DNA of 64,000 bases from Syntrophales bacterium (GCA_035363115.1 DAOSEM010000006.1:16244-80243), one strand, 5' to 3'; positions 22,469 through 31,953 are shown, counted from the first letter of the stretch. Numbers and translations are program-made. Notes: generated by a model not told the origin, from the sequence alone.

Positions 22469-22590
22469 GCGGCCCTGCAAAATGGCCGCAGGCGAGGCGC
22501 GCAATGACCGAGGAGGGAGGCGTACTCCTCGTACGCCGCACCGACGAGGGCGAAGCGCAACGAAGCATCCGGCCATTTTCCAGGGCCGCC
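22469..22590. repeat. Full copy (C) of the ~120-bp palindromic intergenic repeat
   Basis: Terminal inverted repeats GGCGGCCCTGCAAAATGGCC / GGCCATTTTCCAGGGCCGCC match 19/20. The inner hairpin is GGCGTAC tcctc GTACGCC. The copy sits downstream of the pfk stop. Confidence 0.75.
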
Positions 22591-22662
22591 GGTTTTTTCC
22601 TTGCTATTTCGGCACAGATAGTTTAGAAGCGCGTTTCCATTCTTTCAGGAGGCATTATCGAA

Positions 22663-22860
22663 ATGGCCAGGGTATGTGATGTGTGCGGCAAGAGGCCCGT
22701 CGTCGGAAACAACGTGAGCCACGCCAACAACAAGTCCAAGCGGATCTGGTATCCGAACCTCAAGAAGATCCGCGCCGTGGAGAAGGCTACCGGCGCCGTG
22801 AAGCACATGAAGGTCTGCACCCGCTGCCTTCGCTCCGGGGTCGTTCAGAAGGCGGCCTGA
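22663..22860 (+). CDS. rpmB: 50S ribosomal protein L28
   Basis: [33 protein letters not shown]; AGGAGG lies upstream. Confidence 0.95.
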   Translation: MARVCDVCGKRPVVGNNVSHANNKSKRIWYPNLKKIRAVEKATGAVKHMKVCTRCLRSGVVQKAA

Positions 22861-22868
22861 CGCCGTCT

Positions 22869-23657
22869 CTACAGGGGAAGCCGGAAGCCCGTATCCTGGA
22901 CGGCATCCAGGACGGGCTCCAGAAACCCGCCGCTGTCCCCGGTCGCATCCAGGGCGAGTTCCATCAGCACCCTGACTCCCTCCCAGGTATCCCGATCTTC
23001 CTGATCCAGGCGAAATTTACCGATAAATCCGGCCGTCCGTCCTTCAAGTCTCAGGAATCCCTCCATGCGCAGCCGGTCGTAGGTATCCCGTCCCCGCACC
23101 ACCGCCTCGGCGACCGTGTTCGGTTCAACCCCGATCAGCCTTCCCATCGTCCCGGAAAAGCCTTCCAGGCCGTTTCGGGCGGTGTAGCCCAGGGCCGCCA
23201 GGAACAGGTCCAGGAGTCCCCCGTTTCCCCGGAGATACAGGTTCAGGTCGAAGGCCATCTCGATCATCATGTGCGACTGGTAAACGGCATCGGACCGGGA
23301 AATTTCCCGGCCGATCCGCCGGTGGAGCTCCTCCAGGCGCGGGACGAGGAACCGTCCCTGCCGGTAGGAATAGCCGTCGGCTCCGGGATCGAATTCCCCG
23401 GGCGAATCCTGTCCGACCCGGCCGTAGTGGGCCATGTCGTCCACCAGGAGGTGGAACTGGGCATAGGCCCCCCTGGCGTCTTCCGGCGGAAGGGGATCCA
23501 GCCGCGGGATCCTGTGGGTCATGGCGGAGGTGATGTCCGGATGGATCGTCAGGAGGTCCGGGGCGACGTTGTAGATGTAGGCGTCCGGCTCCCGGGGATC
23601 CTTCCCGATACGGCGGCAGAGTTCCCGGAGAACCCAGGTGTGGGTGAGCATCAGCAT
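22869..23657 (-). CDS. Hypothetical protein (possibly a His/Asp metal-dependent hydrolase, weakly zinc-phospholipase-C/P1-nuclease-like)
   Basis: 262-aa ORF with an ATG start and normal amino-acid composition. MLTHTW...NVAPD...FHLLVDDMAHYG is only a weak resemblance; no firm family call. Confidence 0.6.
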   Translation of the reverse strand: MLMLTHTWVLRELCRRIGKDPREPDAYIYNVAPDLLTIHPDITSAMTHRIPRLDPLPPEDARGAYAQFHLLVDDMAHYGRVGQDSPGEFDPGADGYSYRQGRFLVPRLEELHRRIGREISRSDAVYQSHMMIEMAFDLNLYLRGNGGLLDLFLAALGYTARNGLEGFSGTMGRLIGVEPNTVAEAVVRGRDTYDRLRMEGFLRLEGRTAGFIGKFRLDQEDRDTWEGVRVLMELALDATGDSGGFLEPVLDAVQDTGFRLPL

Positions 23658-23679
23658 GGGCGGGTTCCGGCCCGGAGGG

Positions 23680-24093
23680 CTACGATTTGCGGAGGGTCAG
23701 CTTCTTCAGGTCGACGAGCTGGATCTGGAACGTCCCGTAACTGGTCATCCCGTAGGCCCGGTGCTTCTTGTCCGCCGTCAGCTCCATCGTCTTTCCGTCG
23801 CCCAGCCGAACCGTGGCGATCAGGTTGTTCCCGCTCAACCGGAACAGGACGGAGGTGATGTTCTGGAACGGAATGGTGACGATTCCCCCGCCCCGCTTCC
23901 CCTCCAGAAACGTGATCCCCTCGATGGTGACTTCGCTGCACTCCGTCACGACGTCCATGTGGTCCACGAAGACGGCGGAATACTGCTTGTCCGGCTTCGG
24001 GATCTTGCCCGGCGCCCCCCCCTGGGATCCCAGACCCATCAGCAACGGAACGGCCACCAGAACCATGACGATCGACAGGATTCGCTTCCGCAT
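23680..24093 (-). CDS. Small secreted hypothetical protein
   Basis: The internal ATG at 24091-24093 gives MRKRILSIVMVLVAVPLLMG, a signal peptide. The upstream 80 codons of the track ORF are low-complexity G/S/P read-through. Confidence 0.6.
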   Translation of the reverse strand: MRKRILSIVMVLVAVPLLMGLGSQGGAPGKIPKPDKQYSAVFVDHMDVVTECSEVTIEGITFLEGKRGGGIVTIPFQNITSVLFRLSGNNLIATVRLGDGKTMELTADKKHRAYGMTSYGTFQIQLVDLKKLTLRKS

Positions 24094-24326
24094 CGGTCCC
24101 CCTGCCGGCGCATCCGCCGGACTTGGCGTGATGGGGCCACCATAAGACGGGCCTCCCCCTTTGTCAATCCCGTTATTCCTGCATCCGCCGGCATCACCGC
24201 CCGGGGAAGCGGATGTTTGACTTCCGCTCCCGCTTCCGGTATACGACGTCAATTCTTCAGAATATTTCACGAATCCAACGGATCCGCGGATCCGTACCGA
24301 AAGGACCGCCTGTTTCGGCATATCCC

Positions 24327-25334
24327 ATGGCAACCTCCCCTTCCCTTCCGCAGCCCGGTGCCGTCCGTGCCGTCGCCCTCTTTTCGGGCGGCCTGGACAG
24401 CGTCCTGGCCGTTCAGGTCGTTCGTCTCCAGGGCATCGACGTACTGGGCGTCAGCTTCGAAACTCCGTTCTTCAGCGCCAGGAAGGCCCGGGAGGCGGCC
24501 CGGCAGATCGATCTTTCCCTCCGCGTCGTGGACTTCGCCGACGAACACCTCGAGATGGTCAAGGCCCCCCGGTACGGATATGGCAGGAACATGAACCCCT
24601 GCATCGACTGCCACGCCCTGATGCTGCGCAAGGCCGGCGGGATCATGGAGGAAACGGGCGCGGCATTCATCCTGACCGGTGAGGTCCTCGGACAGCGTCC
24701 CATGTCGCAGGGAAAGCAGTCGCTCTACGTGGTGGCGAAGAACTCGGGGTACCTCGACCGGGTGGTCCGCCCCCTGAGCGCCCTGCTCCTGCCGGAAACA
24801 GCGCCGGAACGGGAGGGTAAGGTCGACCGGGAGCGGCTTTTGGCGATCCAGGGTCGGGGAAGAAAGATCCAGATGCAGATGGCAGCCGACATGGGCATCA
24901 CCCGCTACGAGACCCCCGCCGGCGGCTGCCTGCTCACGGACGTCTCGTTCTCCCGGCGCCTCCGGGACCTCTTCGCGCACAACCCCGGATGCACGCCCCG
25001 GGACGTGGAAATGCTCAAGCAGGGCCGACACTTCCGGATCGACGAGCGGACCCGGGCCGTGGTGGGGAGAAACCACCGGGACAATCTGGCCATCGAGCGG
25101 GCCGCCGGAGACCGGTACACCCTGATCCGCATGGCCGGGTATCCGGGCCCCCTGACGGCCCTGTCCCCCGGCTGGAGCGAGGAGGGGCTTCGCCTGGCTG
25201 CCTCCCTGTGCGTGCTGTACAGCGATGCCCCGAAGGACCGTCCGGTGGAGGTGAACATCCGGGCGGGAACAGCCACCCGGTCGCTGGAGGTGGCGGCCGC
25301 AACCCCCGACGAGGCCGCAGGCCGGCTTGTCTGA
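24327..25334 (+). CDS. PP-loop ATP pyrophosphatase family protein (ThiI/MnmA-like, probable tRNA thiolation enzyme)
   Basis: VALFSGGLDSVLA is an SGGxDS PP-loop. NPCIDCHALM...FILTGEVLGQRPMSQ resembles tRNA sulfurtransferases. ATG at 24327. Confidence 0.75.
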   Translation: MATSPSLPQPGAVRAVALFSGGLDSVLAVQVVRLQGIDVLGVSFETPFFSARKAREAARQIDLSLRVVDFADEHLEMVKAPRYGYGRNMNPCIDCHALMLRKAGGIMEETGAAFILTGEVLGQRPMSQGKQSLYVVAKNSGYLDRVVRPLSALLLPETAPEREGKVDRERLLAIQGRGRKIQMQMAADMGITRYETPAGGCLLTDVSFSRRLRDLFAHNPGCTPRDVEMLKQGRHFRIDERTRAVVGRNHRDNLAIERAAGDRYTLIRMAGYPGPLTALSPGWSEEGLRLAASLCVLYSDAPKDRPVEVNIRAGTATRSLEVAAATPDEAAGRLV

Positions 25335-25345
25335 TCCACGGAACC

Positions 25346-25954
25346 ATGTGCGGACGATTCGTCCTCCTGACAGACCTGGCCACCCTTGCCGGGGATTTCG
25401 GCTTCGAGGCCCCGCAGGGTCTTTCCCTGCCCGCGGGGGAGCACTTCCCCGGGCAGGAGATCGTGGCGATCCTGCGCGATCCGGTTCTACGGCCGGCCCT
25501 GTTCCACTGGGGCTTGGTGCCCTCCTGGGCCAGGGATCCCTCCATCGGCCGGAGGCTCTTCAACGCCCGCTCGGAGACAGCCGCCGTCAAGCCGAGCTTC
25601 CGTGACGCCTTCCGCCACCGTCGCTGCCTGATCCCTGCCGACGGATTTTTCGAGTGGGACCGAACGGGAAAACCGGCGCGCCCGGTCCTCTACGGCCTGC
25701 GCTCGGATCGGCCCATGGCCCTCGCCGGGCTCTACGAGTACCGGAAAACCGCCCCGGGAGATCCCTCCGCCGCCACCTGCACGATTCTCACCACCGAGGC
25801 CAACGACCTGATCCGGCCCGTTCACGACCGGATGCCCGTGATCCTGGACCGGGAGGGCGCCGCCCTCTGGCTGGCCCCCGCACAAACCTCCCCTTCCACC
25901 CTGCAGGCCCTGCTCGCGCCCTTCCCGTCCTCGGGGATGCGGATCCTCCCCTGA
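25346..25954 (+). CDS. SOS-response-associated peptidase (SRAP/YedK family, abasic-site processing)
   Basis: The internal ATG at 25346 gives MCGRF, with the catalytic Cys2. Also ...FNARSETAAVKPSFR...RRCLIPADGFFEW. Confidence 0.88.
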   Translation: MCGRFVLLTDLATLAGDFGFEAPQGLSLPAGEHFPGQEIVAILRDPVLRPALFHWGLVPSWARDPSIGRRLFNARSETAAVKPSFRDAFRHRRCLIPADGFFEWDRTGKPARPVLYGLRSDRPMALAGLYEYRKTAPGDPSAATCTILTTEANDLIRPVHDRMPVILDREGAALWLAPAQTSPSTLQALLAPFPSSGMRILP

Positions 25955-25967
25955 CTCCCGGCCCGGC

Positions 25968-26852
25968 CTAGCCCCGATTCAGGCGTCTTTCCCTCCAGAT
26001 CGCCTCCAGGTTGGGGGCGGCGATCCCCGCCACGATCAGCGCCATGCCCGCCCACTGCAGGGTGTCGACGGTCTCGCCCAGGACCGCCGCGGCCAGGGCG
26101 ACCGTGGCCGCCGGCTCCAGGGTCGAGAAGACGGACGTGTAGGTGCTGCCGATCTCCTCGATGGCCCGGTACTGGAACACGATGGCCACCGCCGTGGGGA
26201 ACAGCCCGAGCGAAACGGCGATCAGGAGCTGCGTTCCGTTCATCCTCAGGATTTCAAGCGGATTGTGGAGAAAGAGGAAGGCCAGCCCGGTGAACACGAT
26301 CACGTAGAAGGCCACGGTGAGGGGCCTTTCCCCTTTCATGAAGACCTGCACCAGGATCAGGTAGACGGAGAAGGTCAGGGTCGTGCCGAAGGCGAACAGA
26401 AGCCCCAGGAGATTCATCTCCCGGAGGAAGGCGTCGTAGAAGACCAGGCACGAGCCGGCCGAGAGAATCAGGAGCGACAGAACGAGCGTCCGCCCCACCT
26501 TCAGGCGGAGAAAGGCCGCCGAGAGGACCGTCACCGTGACCGGATAGATGTAGAGGATGAGCGACGTCGTGGACGCCGGGATGTAGTTGAGGGCCTTGAA
26601 GAAAAACGTGCTCTGGAGGACGTGGAGGGCAAGGCCGAGGAAGGCCGCCTTCCCCAGGACGGCGGGGCGGATTTTCAGGAGCGACGGGTCCACGAGGAGG
26701 AGGAAAAGAAAGAGGAGGGCCGCGCCGAAGAGAAAGCGGCACTGGAGGAGCGCCATGTCGGAGAGCCCCGCCCGGTAGCCCAGCTTCGCCAGGATGGCCA
26801 GCGAAGCGAAGCAGACGGCGGACAGGAGAGAGAAGGCAAGTCCCCGGTACAT
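25968..26852 (-). CDS. EamA/DMT-family transporter
   Basis: 294 aa, about 10 hydrophobic helices with a duplicated EamA-type pattern. Confidence 0.82.
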   Translation of the reverse strand: MYRGLAFSLLSAVCFASLAILAKLGYRAGLSDMALLQCRFLFGAALLFLFLLLVDPSLLKIRPAVLGKAAFLGLALHVLQSTFFFKALNYIPASTTSLILYIYPVTVTVLSAAFLRLKVGRTLVLSLLILSAGSCLVFYDAFLREMNLLGLLFAFGTTLTFSVYLILVQVFMKGERPLTVAFYVIVFTGLAFLFLHNPLEILRMNGTQLLIAVSLGLFPTAVAIVFQYRAIEEIGSTYTSVFSTLEPAATVALAAAVLGETVDTLQWAGMALIVAGIAAPNLEAIWRERRLNRG

Positions 26853-26864
26853 CTTCAGCAGGCC

Positions 26865-29447
26865 TCAGGCGTTCTCCTGCGGTCCCAGGAGACGGAACAC
26901 CCGGTTGCTCCCGATGGCGTCCGTCGGCTCGGCCGGTGTCACCTCCTCGACCTGGTAGTTGGACTGGGCCGAGCGGCGGGTCCTGCCGCTCAGGAGGATG
27001 GAGTCGGGGTGGATGTGGCAGAGATCCTGGATCCGGAAAAGGACGTTTACCGCGTCGCCGATGACGGTGTAGTCCATTTTCTTCTCGAAGCCGATGTTGC
27101 CGACGACGACCTCTCCCGTATGAATGGCGATGCCCACGACCAGGGTGGCCGAAAAGCGGCGCTGGAACTCCGTGTTCAGGCCTTCGAGCCGCGACATCAT
27201 CTCCAGGGCCGACCGGATCGCGTTTTCCGCGTCAGCGGCGCTCGAGACGGGCGCCCCGAAGACAGCCAGGAAACCGTCCCCCAGGTACTTGTCCACGATC
27301 CCGCCCTGGCGGAACACGATCTCCCCCATGACGGCGAAGAACTCGTTCAGCAGGGCAACCGTCCTCTGAGGTCCCATGTCCCGGGAGAGGAGCGAGAAAT
27401 TGCGGATGTCGATGTTGAGCAGCGTCACGGTCTTGAATTCCTCGACGTGGGACCGCCCCGACTCGGCGCCCAGGATGATCTCGTCCACCACCGCCTTGGG
27501 CACGAACTTCTGGAAGACGCTGCGGATGCTCCGCTCCTTGTCCGCCATGCTTCGGGTCTCACGGTACAGGTGGGCATTCTCGATGGCGATGCTCACCGAG
27601 GAGGCGATGGACTGGAGGAGGTGCTTGTCGCTCTCGTCGAAGGCCGCCCCGATCTTGTTGATCACCTCGATAACACCGATGACGCGGCTCTGGGAGATCA
27701 TGGGCACGCAGAGGATCGAGCGGGTCCTGAAGTTCGTCCGCCCGTCGATCTCGTCATAGAAATGCGGGTTGTTCTGGACGTCCTCGACGAGGATCGCTTC
27801 CCCCCGGGACGCGCAGTACCCGGCGATCCCCTGCCCCAGCTTGATGCGGATATCCGGAACGGTCTGGAGATCGGTGTTGAAGGCCGCCTGGAACCGGAGG
27901 TCGTCTCCCTCGACGAGAAACAGGGTTCCGGCCTCCACGTTGATGGCCACCCGAATCATGTCCATCGTATAATTCAGGACTTTTTCCATGTCGAAGGTCG
28001 CCGTGGAGAGGGCGCTGCCGATCTGGCGGATGGCCGCGAGCTCCTGGTTCCGCTTCAGGGTGGCCGAGATGAGCCGCTCCTTCTCCAGGGCCAGGGACAG
28101 GCCCTCGCCGATCGCTTCCAGGTATTCCTTGAACTGGGTGAAGGCATCCGGCGGAACGCCCTGCAGCACGAGGGCGCCGGTGGAGCCTCCCTCCGCTTCA
28201 AGGGGGATCAGGATCGAGGCCGCCTCCGGGTCGGCTCCGAACAGCAGCCTGTCCAGGGGATGCTCCGAAGCGTCCCCCCCGCGGACGGTCACCAGGTTTT
28301 TCATGCGGAGGGTCCGCTCAAGGATGGACCCCTCCACTCCGGAGAGCGGCCCGGCGACAATGCCCGTGGGTTCGAACGCGAGGACTTCGCTCACATGAAG
28401 GCCCCCGGAATTCGACCGGTCCTGGTATAGGAGGACGGCCACGCCGTAGGGCACGGCCCCGCGGATCTCCTGCAGGATCGACTGCACCAGCTCCGCCGGC
28501 TTGAGGCTCGAATTGATGGACTTGATCACGTTCTGCAGCGAAGCGAGATGAACGTCCTGGCTCTCACTCCGCTGGATGAGCCGGAGGTTGTCGTAGGTGA
28601 AGGCGGCGTTGCTGAGGAGGGGACTGAGAAGCTCCGCGTCCTCCAGGCGGAAGGCCAGGTCCGTGCGGCTCCGGGAAATCGTGACGACCCCGATCACGTC
28701 ATGGATGGTCTTCAGGGGCATGCAGATGAACGACTTCGTCGCGTACTGGTTCCGGGACATCCGTCCGAATCGCGTGTCGTTTTCGATGTCCTCCACCACG
28801 AGGGGCGTCTTGTTGATGACGGCGTACTTGGCGATGCTCCCGGCGTAGGAGATGCGATCGCCCTTCTTGACCATGCCGCCGAGGCCGATGGAGGCAACCA
28901 CCTGGAAGATGTCCCGCCGGGGACGCTCCAGAATGAGGACGGAGCCGATGTCGGCGTCCACGAGCTTGAGGGCCCGCTCGAGGGTGATGTGGAGCAGGTC
29001 GTCCGGGTTGAAGGTGATGTAGCAGAGGTCCGCCAGCTCCTTCAGCGTCGTGATGTCCTGGCTCTTCTTGTCGAGTTTCTGAAAGCTGTATCGGAGCTCC
29101 TGCTCCAGGGTCTGAAACGAGGAGATGATCCCCTTCATCTCGTCGGTGTGGGTGGACACCGGCGCCTTCCCTTTCAGGTTCTCCTCGAGGGCCCGGTTCG
29201 CGTGCCGGGACAGGGCGATGATATCGTCCGCCAGCTTGCGGAGCAGGAGGAAACCGAAAAAGAACAGGATCAGGAGTGCGATAAAATAGATGGGGATGAA
29301 CTCATCCTGGAGGATGTCGTATTTGACGGCAAAATAGAGGAATCCGAAGACGGGGACGAGGAAGAACAGTCCGAAGACGATGTAAAGCTTGTAATACAGG
29401 CCCTTGTTCTCGATGGAAAACCAGTCGAACAGGGCCTGCAGGTGCAT
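26865..29447 (-). CDS. Membrane-anchored class III adenylate/guanylate cyclase with HAMP-like linker and multiple GAF domains
   Basis: 860 aa with N-terminal TM helices. The C-terminus TLLNIDIRNFS...DKYLGDGFLAVFGAP...GIAIHTGEVVVGNIG is the CYCc signature. Confidence 0.88.
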   Translation of the reverse strand: MHLQALFDWFSIENKGLYYKLYIVFGLFFLVPVFGFLYFAVKYDILQDEFIPIYFIALLILFFFGFLLLRKLADDIIALSRHANRALEENLKGKAPVSTHTDEMKGIISSFQTLEQELRYSFQKLDKKSQDITTLKELADLCYITFNPDDLLHITLERALKLVDADIGSVLILERPRRDIFQVVASIGLGGMVKKGDRISYAGSIAKYAVINKTPLVVEDIENDTRFGRMSRNQYATKSFICMPLKTIHDVIGVVTISRSRTDLAFRLEDAELLSPLLSNAAFTYDNLRLIQRSESQDVHLASLQNVIKSINSSLKPAELVQSILQEIRGAVPYGVAVLLYQDRSNSGGLHVSEVLAFEPTGIVAGPLSGVEGSILERTLRMKNLVTVRGGDASEHPLDRLLFGADPEAASILIPLEAEGGSTGALVLQGVPPDAFTQFKEYLEAIGEGLSLALEKERLISATLKRNQELAAIRQIGSALSTATFDMEKVLNYTMDMIRVAINVEAGTLFLVEGDDLRFQAAFNTDLQTVPDIRIKLGQGIAGYCASRGEAILVEDVQNNPHFYDEIDGRTNFRTRSILCVPMISQSRVIGVIEVINKIGAAFDESDKHLLQSIASSVSIAIENAHLYRETRSMADKERSIRSVFQKFVPKAVVDEIILGAESGRSHVEEFKTVTLLNIDIRNFSLLSRDMGPQRTVALLNEFFAVMGEIVFRQGGIVDKYLGDGFLAVFGAPVSSAADAENAIRSALEMMSRLEGLNTEFQRRFSATLVVGIAIHTGEVVVGNIGFEKKMDYTVIGDAVNVLFRIQDLCHIHPDSILLSGRTRRSAQSNYQVEEVTPAEPTDAIGSNRVFRLLGPQENA

Positions 29448-29599
29448 GCGGTTTCCTCTTTCCGGTTTCGGTTCAGGACGTTGTGGCGGTGAGCATTGTC
29501 ACGCTTTATAAGCCGGGGGGGAAAATTGAGCAAGGGAAAAGAGGGGCATCGAACGGGGATGAAGCCGCCTCCCACGGCCCCGGCACCCGTGCCTCTACT

Positions 29600-29989
29600 T
29601 CAGTCCAGGACGGCCGGACGCGTTCCCTGGCCGATGGGCCTCTTGAAGGTGAAATAGAACGGATCCCCGATCAGGGCCTTGGTGACCTTGTCCATGCTTC
29701 CGCTCGGCAGGGCGAAAGGCAGGGCAATGATGGTCGCCGCCAGTCCCGCCACGCAGGCGACCAGGCCGACGGGCCGGAGGATCACGACGTCGATGAAGGG
29801 GGGGATCTCTTCCAGCTGCTGCTCCTGCTGTGCCGGCTGCGCCGGCTCCGGCCGCGTGTCTGCGATGCCCTGCGCACATGACAGGCCCGGAATTGCCAGA
29901 ATGACGAAGAAAGCCAGAACCACCGACAGGATACGCCTCACCCGTTCCTCCTCTTGTCGACCCTTTGTATTTTTTTGTATTTCTGTCAT
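29600..29989 (-). CDS. Hypothetical exported/membrane protein
   Basis: 129 aa with a signal-like ILSVVLAFFVILAIPGLSCAQG, a Q/E/P-rich linker and a C-terminal hydrophobic segment. Confidence 0.55.
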   Translation of the reverse strand: MTEIQKNTKGRQEEERVRRILSVVLAFFVILAIPGLSCAQGIADTRPEPAQPAQQEQQLEEIPPFIDVVILRPVGLVACVAGLAATIIALPFALPSGSMDKVTKALIGDPFYFTFKRPIGQGTRPAVLD

Positions 29990-30063
29990 ATAGAAATTCG
30001 ACTCATCCTGTCAACCTGTGCGAGGCGGTCCGGATGCAGGCGAATCGGACGCCGGAAGGCATG

Positions 30064-30118
30064 ACTTCATCGATTTGTAACCCATTTGTCATGATTCTGT
30101 AACAATCCGCGCTTAGAG
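30064..30118 (+). promoter_or_regulatory. Candidate double Pho box plus -10 upstream of the 4HB-pit pair
   Basis: ACTTCAT cgat TTGTAAC ccat TTGTCAT gatt CTGTAAC aatccgcg CTTAGAG. Four 7-mers lie on an exact 11-bp register. Confidence 0.6.
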
Positions 30119-30205
30119 TCGGCACGCCGGACAAGAACGCAGGGCCCCCCCAATTTTTTCAAGCGGCGGAGGTGGAAGCACCTCACGACCGCGGAAACCG
30201 AGGTG

Positions 30206-30952
30206 ATGGTCATGAACGGTCCGAACACTTCATTTCAGGACATTTCCATACGCCGCCGGGTCATCATCACGGTCGGGATCTTCACGGTCCTGACCGTCGT
30301 CACCGGGCTCTACGGCCTCATCGCCATCATGGAGACCAACAAGCGCCTCCATCAGACCTCACAGGAGGGACAGGCGCTGATCCGGGCCGTGGACGCGGGA
30401 CGCCAGGCGGAGGTCCATTTCAAGAAGCAGGTGCAGGAATGGAAGGACATCCTCCTCCGGGGCAACGACCCGCGGCTCTATGAATCGCACGTGCGGGCCT
30501 TCGAGGCGGAAGAGAAGCTTGCCCGCGAGCACCTGCAGTCGCTGCTGACCATGGCGCCGGCCCTGGGACTTCCGGTTCCGGAGATCTCGGAGGCGATCCG
30601 GGTTCACCAGCAGTTGGGACACCAGTACCGGGACGCCCTGGCAAATTACAACCAGTCCGACCTCAAGAGCGCCGTTCTCGTCGACAAGATGGTTCGGGGA
30701 ATCGACCGCGAACCGACGGACCGGATCGACGCCATTGTCGATCTCATCAAGGTCCAGGCGAAGGACCGGCTGAACGCCGCGGAAACGATGGCGAAAACGC
30801 AGATGGAAGCGTACCGGAGCTTTTCCGTCTTCCTGATTTTCCTCGTCCTGGCGGCCGTCGGCTTCGGGATCTACAACGCCATGTCGATCACCCGCGACCT
30901 GCCGCCCGAAAACGAAGACGAAAACGCAGATCGAGAGAATGAACAGCCATGA
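30206..30952 (+). CDS. Membrane protein with two TM helices flanking a predicted periplasmic four-helix-bundle (4HB_MCP-like) and an acidic tail
   Basis: TM1 is VIITVGIFTVLTVVTGLYGLIAI. A ~165-aa helical region follows, then TM2 FSVFLIFLVLAAVGFGIY and the tail ENEDENADRENEQP. The stop overlaps the pit ATG (ATGA at 30949-30952). Start is GTG 30203 or ATG 30206/30212. Confidence 0.7.
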   Translation: MVMNGPNTSFQDISIRRRVIITVGIFTVLTVVTGLYGLIAIMETNKRLHQTSQEGQALIRAVDAGRQAEVHFKKQVQEWKDILLRGNDPRLYESHVRAFEAEEKLAREHLQSLLTMAPALGLPVPEISEAIRVHQQLGHQYRDALANYNQSDLKSAVLVDKMVRGIDREPTDRIDAIVDLIKVQAKDRLNAAETMAKTQMEAYRSFSVFLIFLVLAAVGFGIYNAMSITRDLPPENEDENADRENEQP

Positions 30953-31953
30953 TCGATGTCTCCCTGGCGGTCGTCATCTCCATCGTCATCGTTGCGTTGA
31001 TTTTCGACTACATCAACGGGTTCCACGACTCCGCCAATTCGATCGCCACCATTGTCTCGACGCAGGTCCTCAAGCCCCACCAGGCGGTTGTCTGGGCCGC
31101 CTTCTTCAACTTTGTGGCCGTCTTCCTGTTCGACGCGCACGTGGCGAAAACCATAGGAACCGGCATCATCAACACGTCCATCGTCAACAACACGCTGATC
31201 ATAGCGGCCCTGGGAGGCGCCATCATCTGGAATCTGTTGACCTGGTGGTTCGGCCTCCCGAGCAGCTCTTCCCACGCGCTGATCGGAGGCCTCATCGGCT
31301 CCGGACTCGCCAGGGGGGGCTTCGACGTTCTGGTCTGGAAGGGAATCGCAAAGACGGCGAGCTTCATCGTCTTCTCCCCGGTGATCGGCCTGATCCTGGG
31401 ACTCGTCCTGATGATCATCGTCCTCAACCTCACCCGCTTCGGCAGCGTGACTACATCCAACATGCTGTTCAGGAGGCTGCAGCTCCTCTCCGCGGCGATT
31501 TACAGCGTCAGCCACGGCATGAACGACGCCCAGAAGACCATCGGCATCATCGCCCTGGTCCTGTTCAGCGGCGGCTATCTCGGCCCGACCTTTCGCATTC
31601 CCCTCTGGGTGATCATCGCCTGTTACACGGTCATCGCCCTGGGAACCATGTCGGGGGGGTGGCGGATCGTCAAGACGATGGGGACCAAAATCACGAAACT
31701 CCAGCCCATGGGCGGATTCTGCGCCGAGACGGCCGCGGCCGTGTCCATCATCGGCGCCTCCCTGGCGGGGATTCCCGTGAGCACGACCCACACGATCACC
31801 GGGGCGATCATGGGCGTGGGGGCCACGAAAAGGCTGTCCGCCGTCCGCTGGGGAGTCGCCGGAAACATCATCTGGGCCTGGATCCTGACCATCCCGATCT
31901 CGGGCGTTCTATCCGCCGGCCTGTACCTCTTGCTGACGGCGATCTTCGAATAA
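30949..31953 (+). CDS. pit: Inorganic phosphate transporter, PiT family
   Basis: FDYINGFHDSANSIAT...SSSHALIGGLIG...SHGMNDAQKTIG...PVSTTHTITGAIMGVG, the duplicated PiT signature. Confidence 0.92.
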   Translation: MIDVSLAVVISIVIVALIFDYINGFHDSANSIATIVSTQVLKPHQAVVWAAFFNFVAVFLFDAHVAKTIGTGIINTSIVNNTLIIAALGGAIIWNLLTWWFGLPSSSSHALIGGLIGSGLARGGFDVLVWKGIAKTASFIVFSPVIGLILGLVLMIIVLNLTRFGSVTTSNMLFRRLQLLSAAIYSVSHGMNDAQKTIGIIALVLFSGGYLGPTFRIPLWVIIACYTVIALGTMSGGWRIVKTMGTKITKLQPMGGFCAETAAAVSIIGASLAGIPVSTTHTITGAIMGVGATKRLSAVRWGVAGNIIWAWILTIPISGVLSAGLYLLLTAIFE

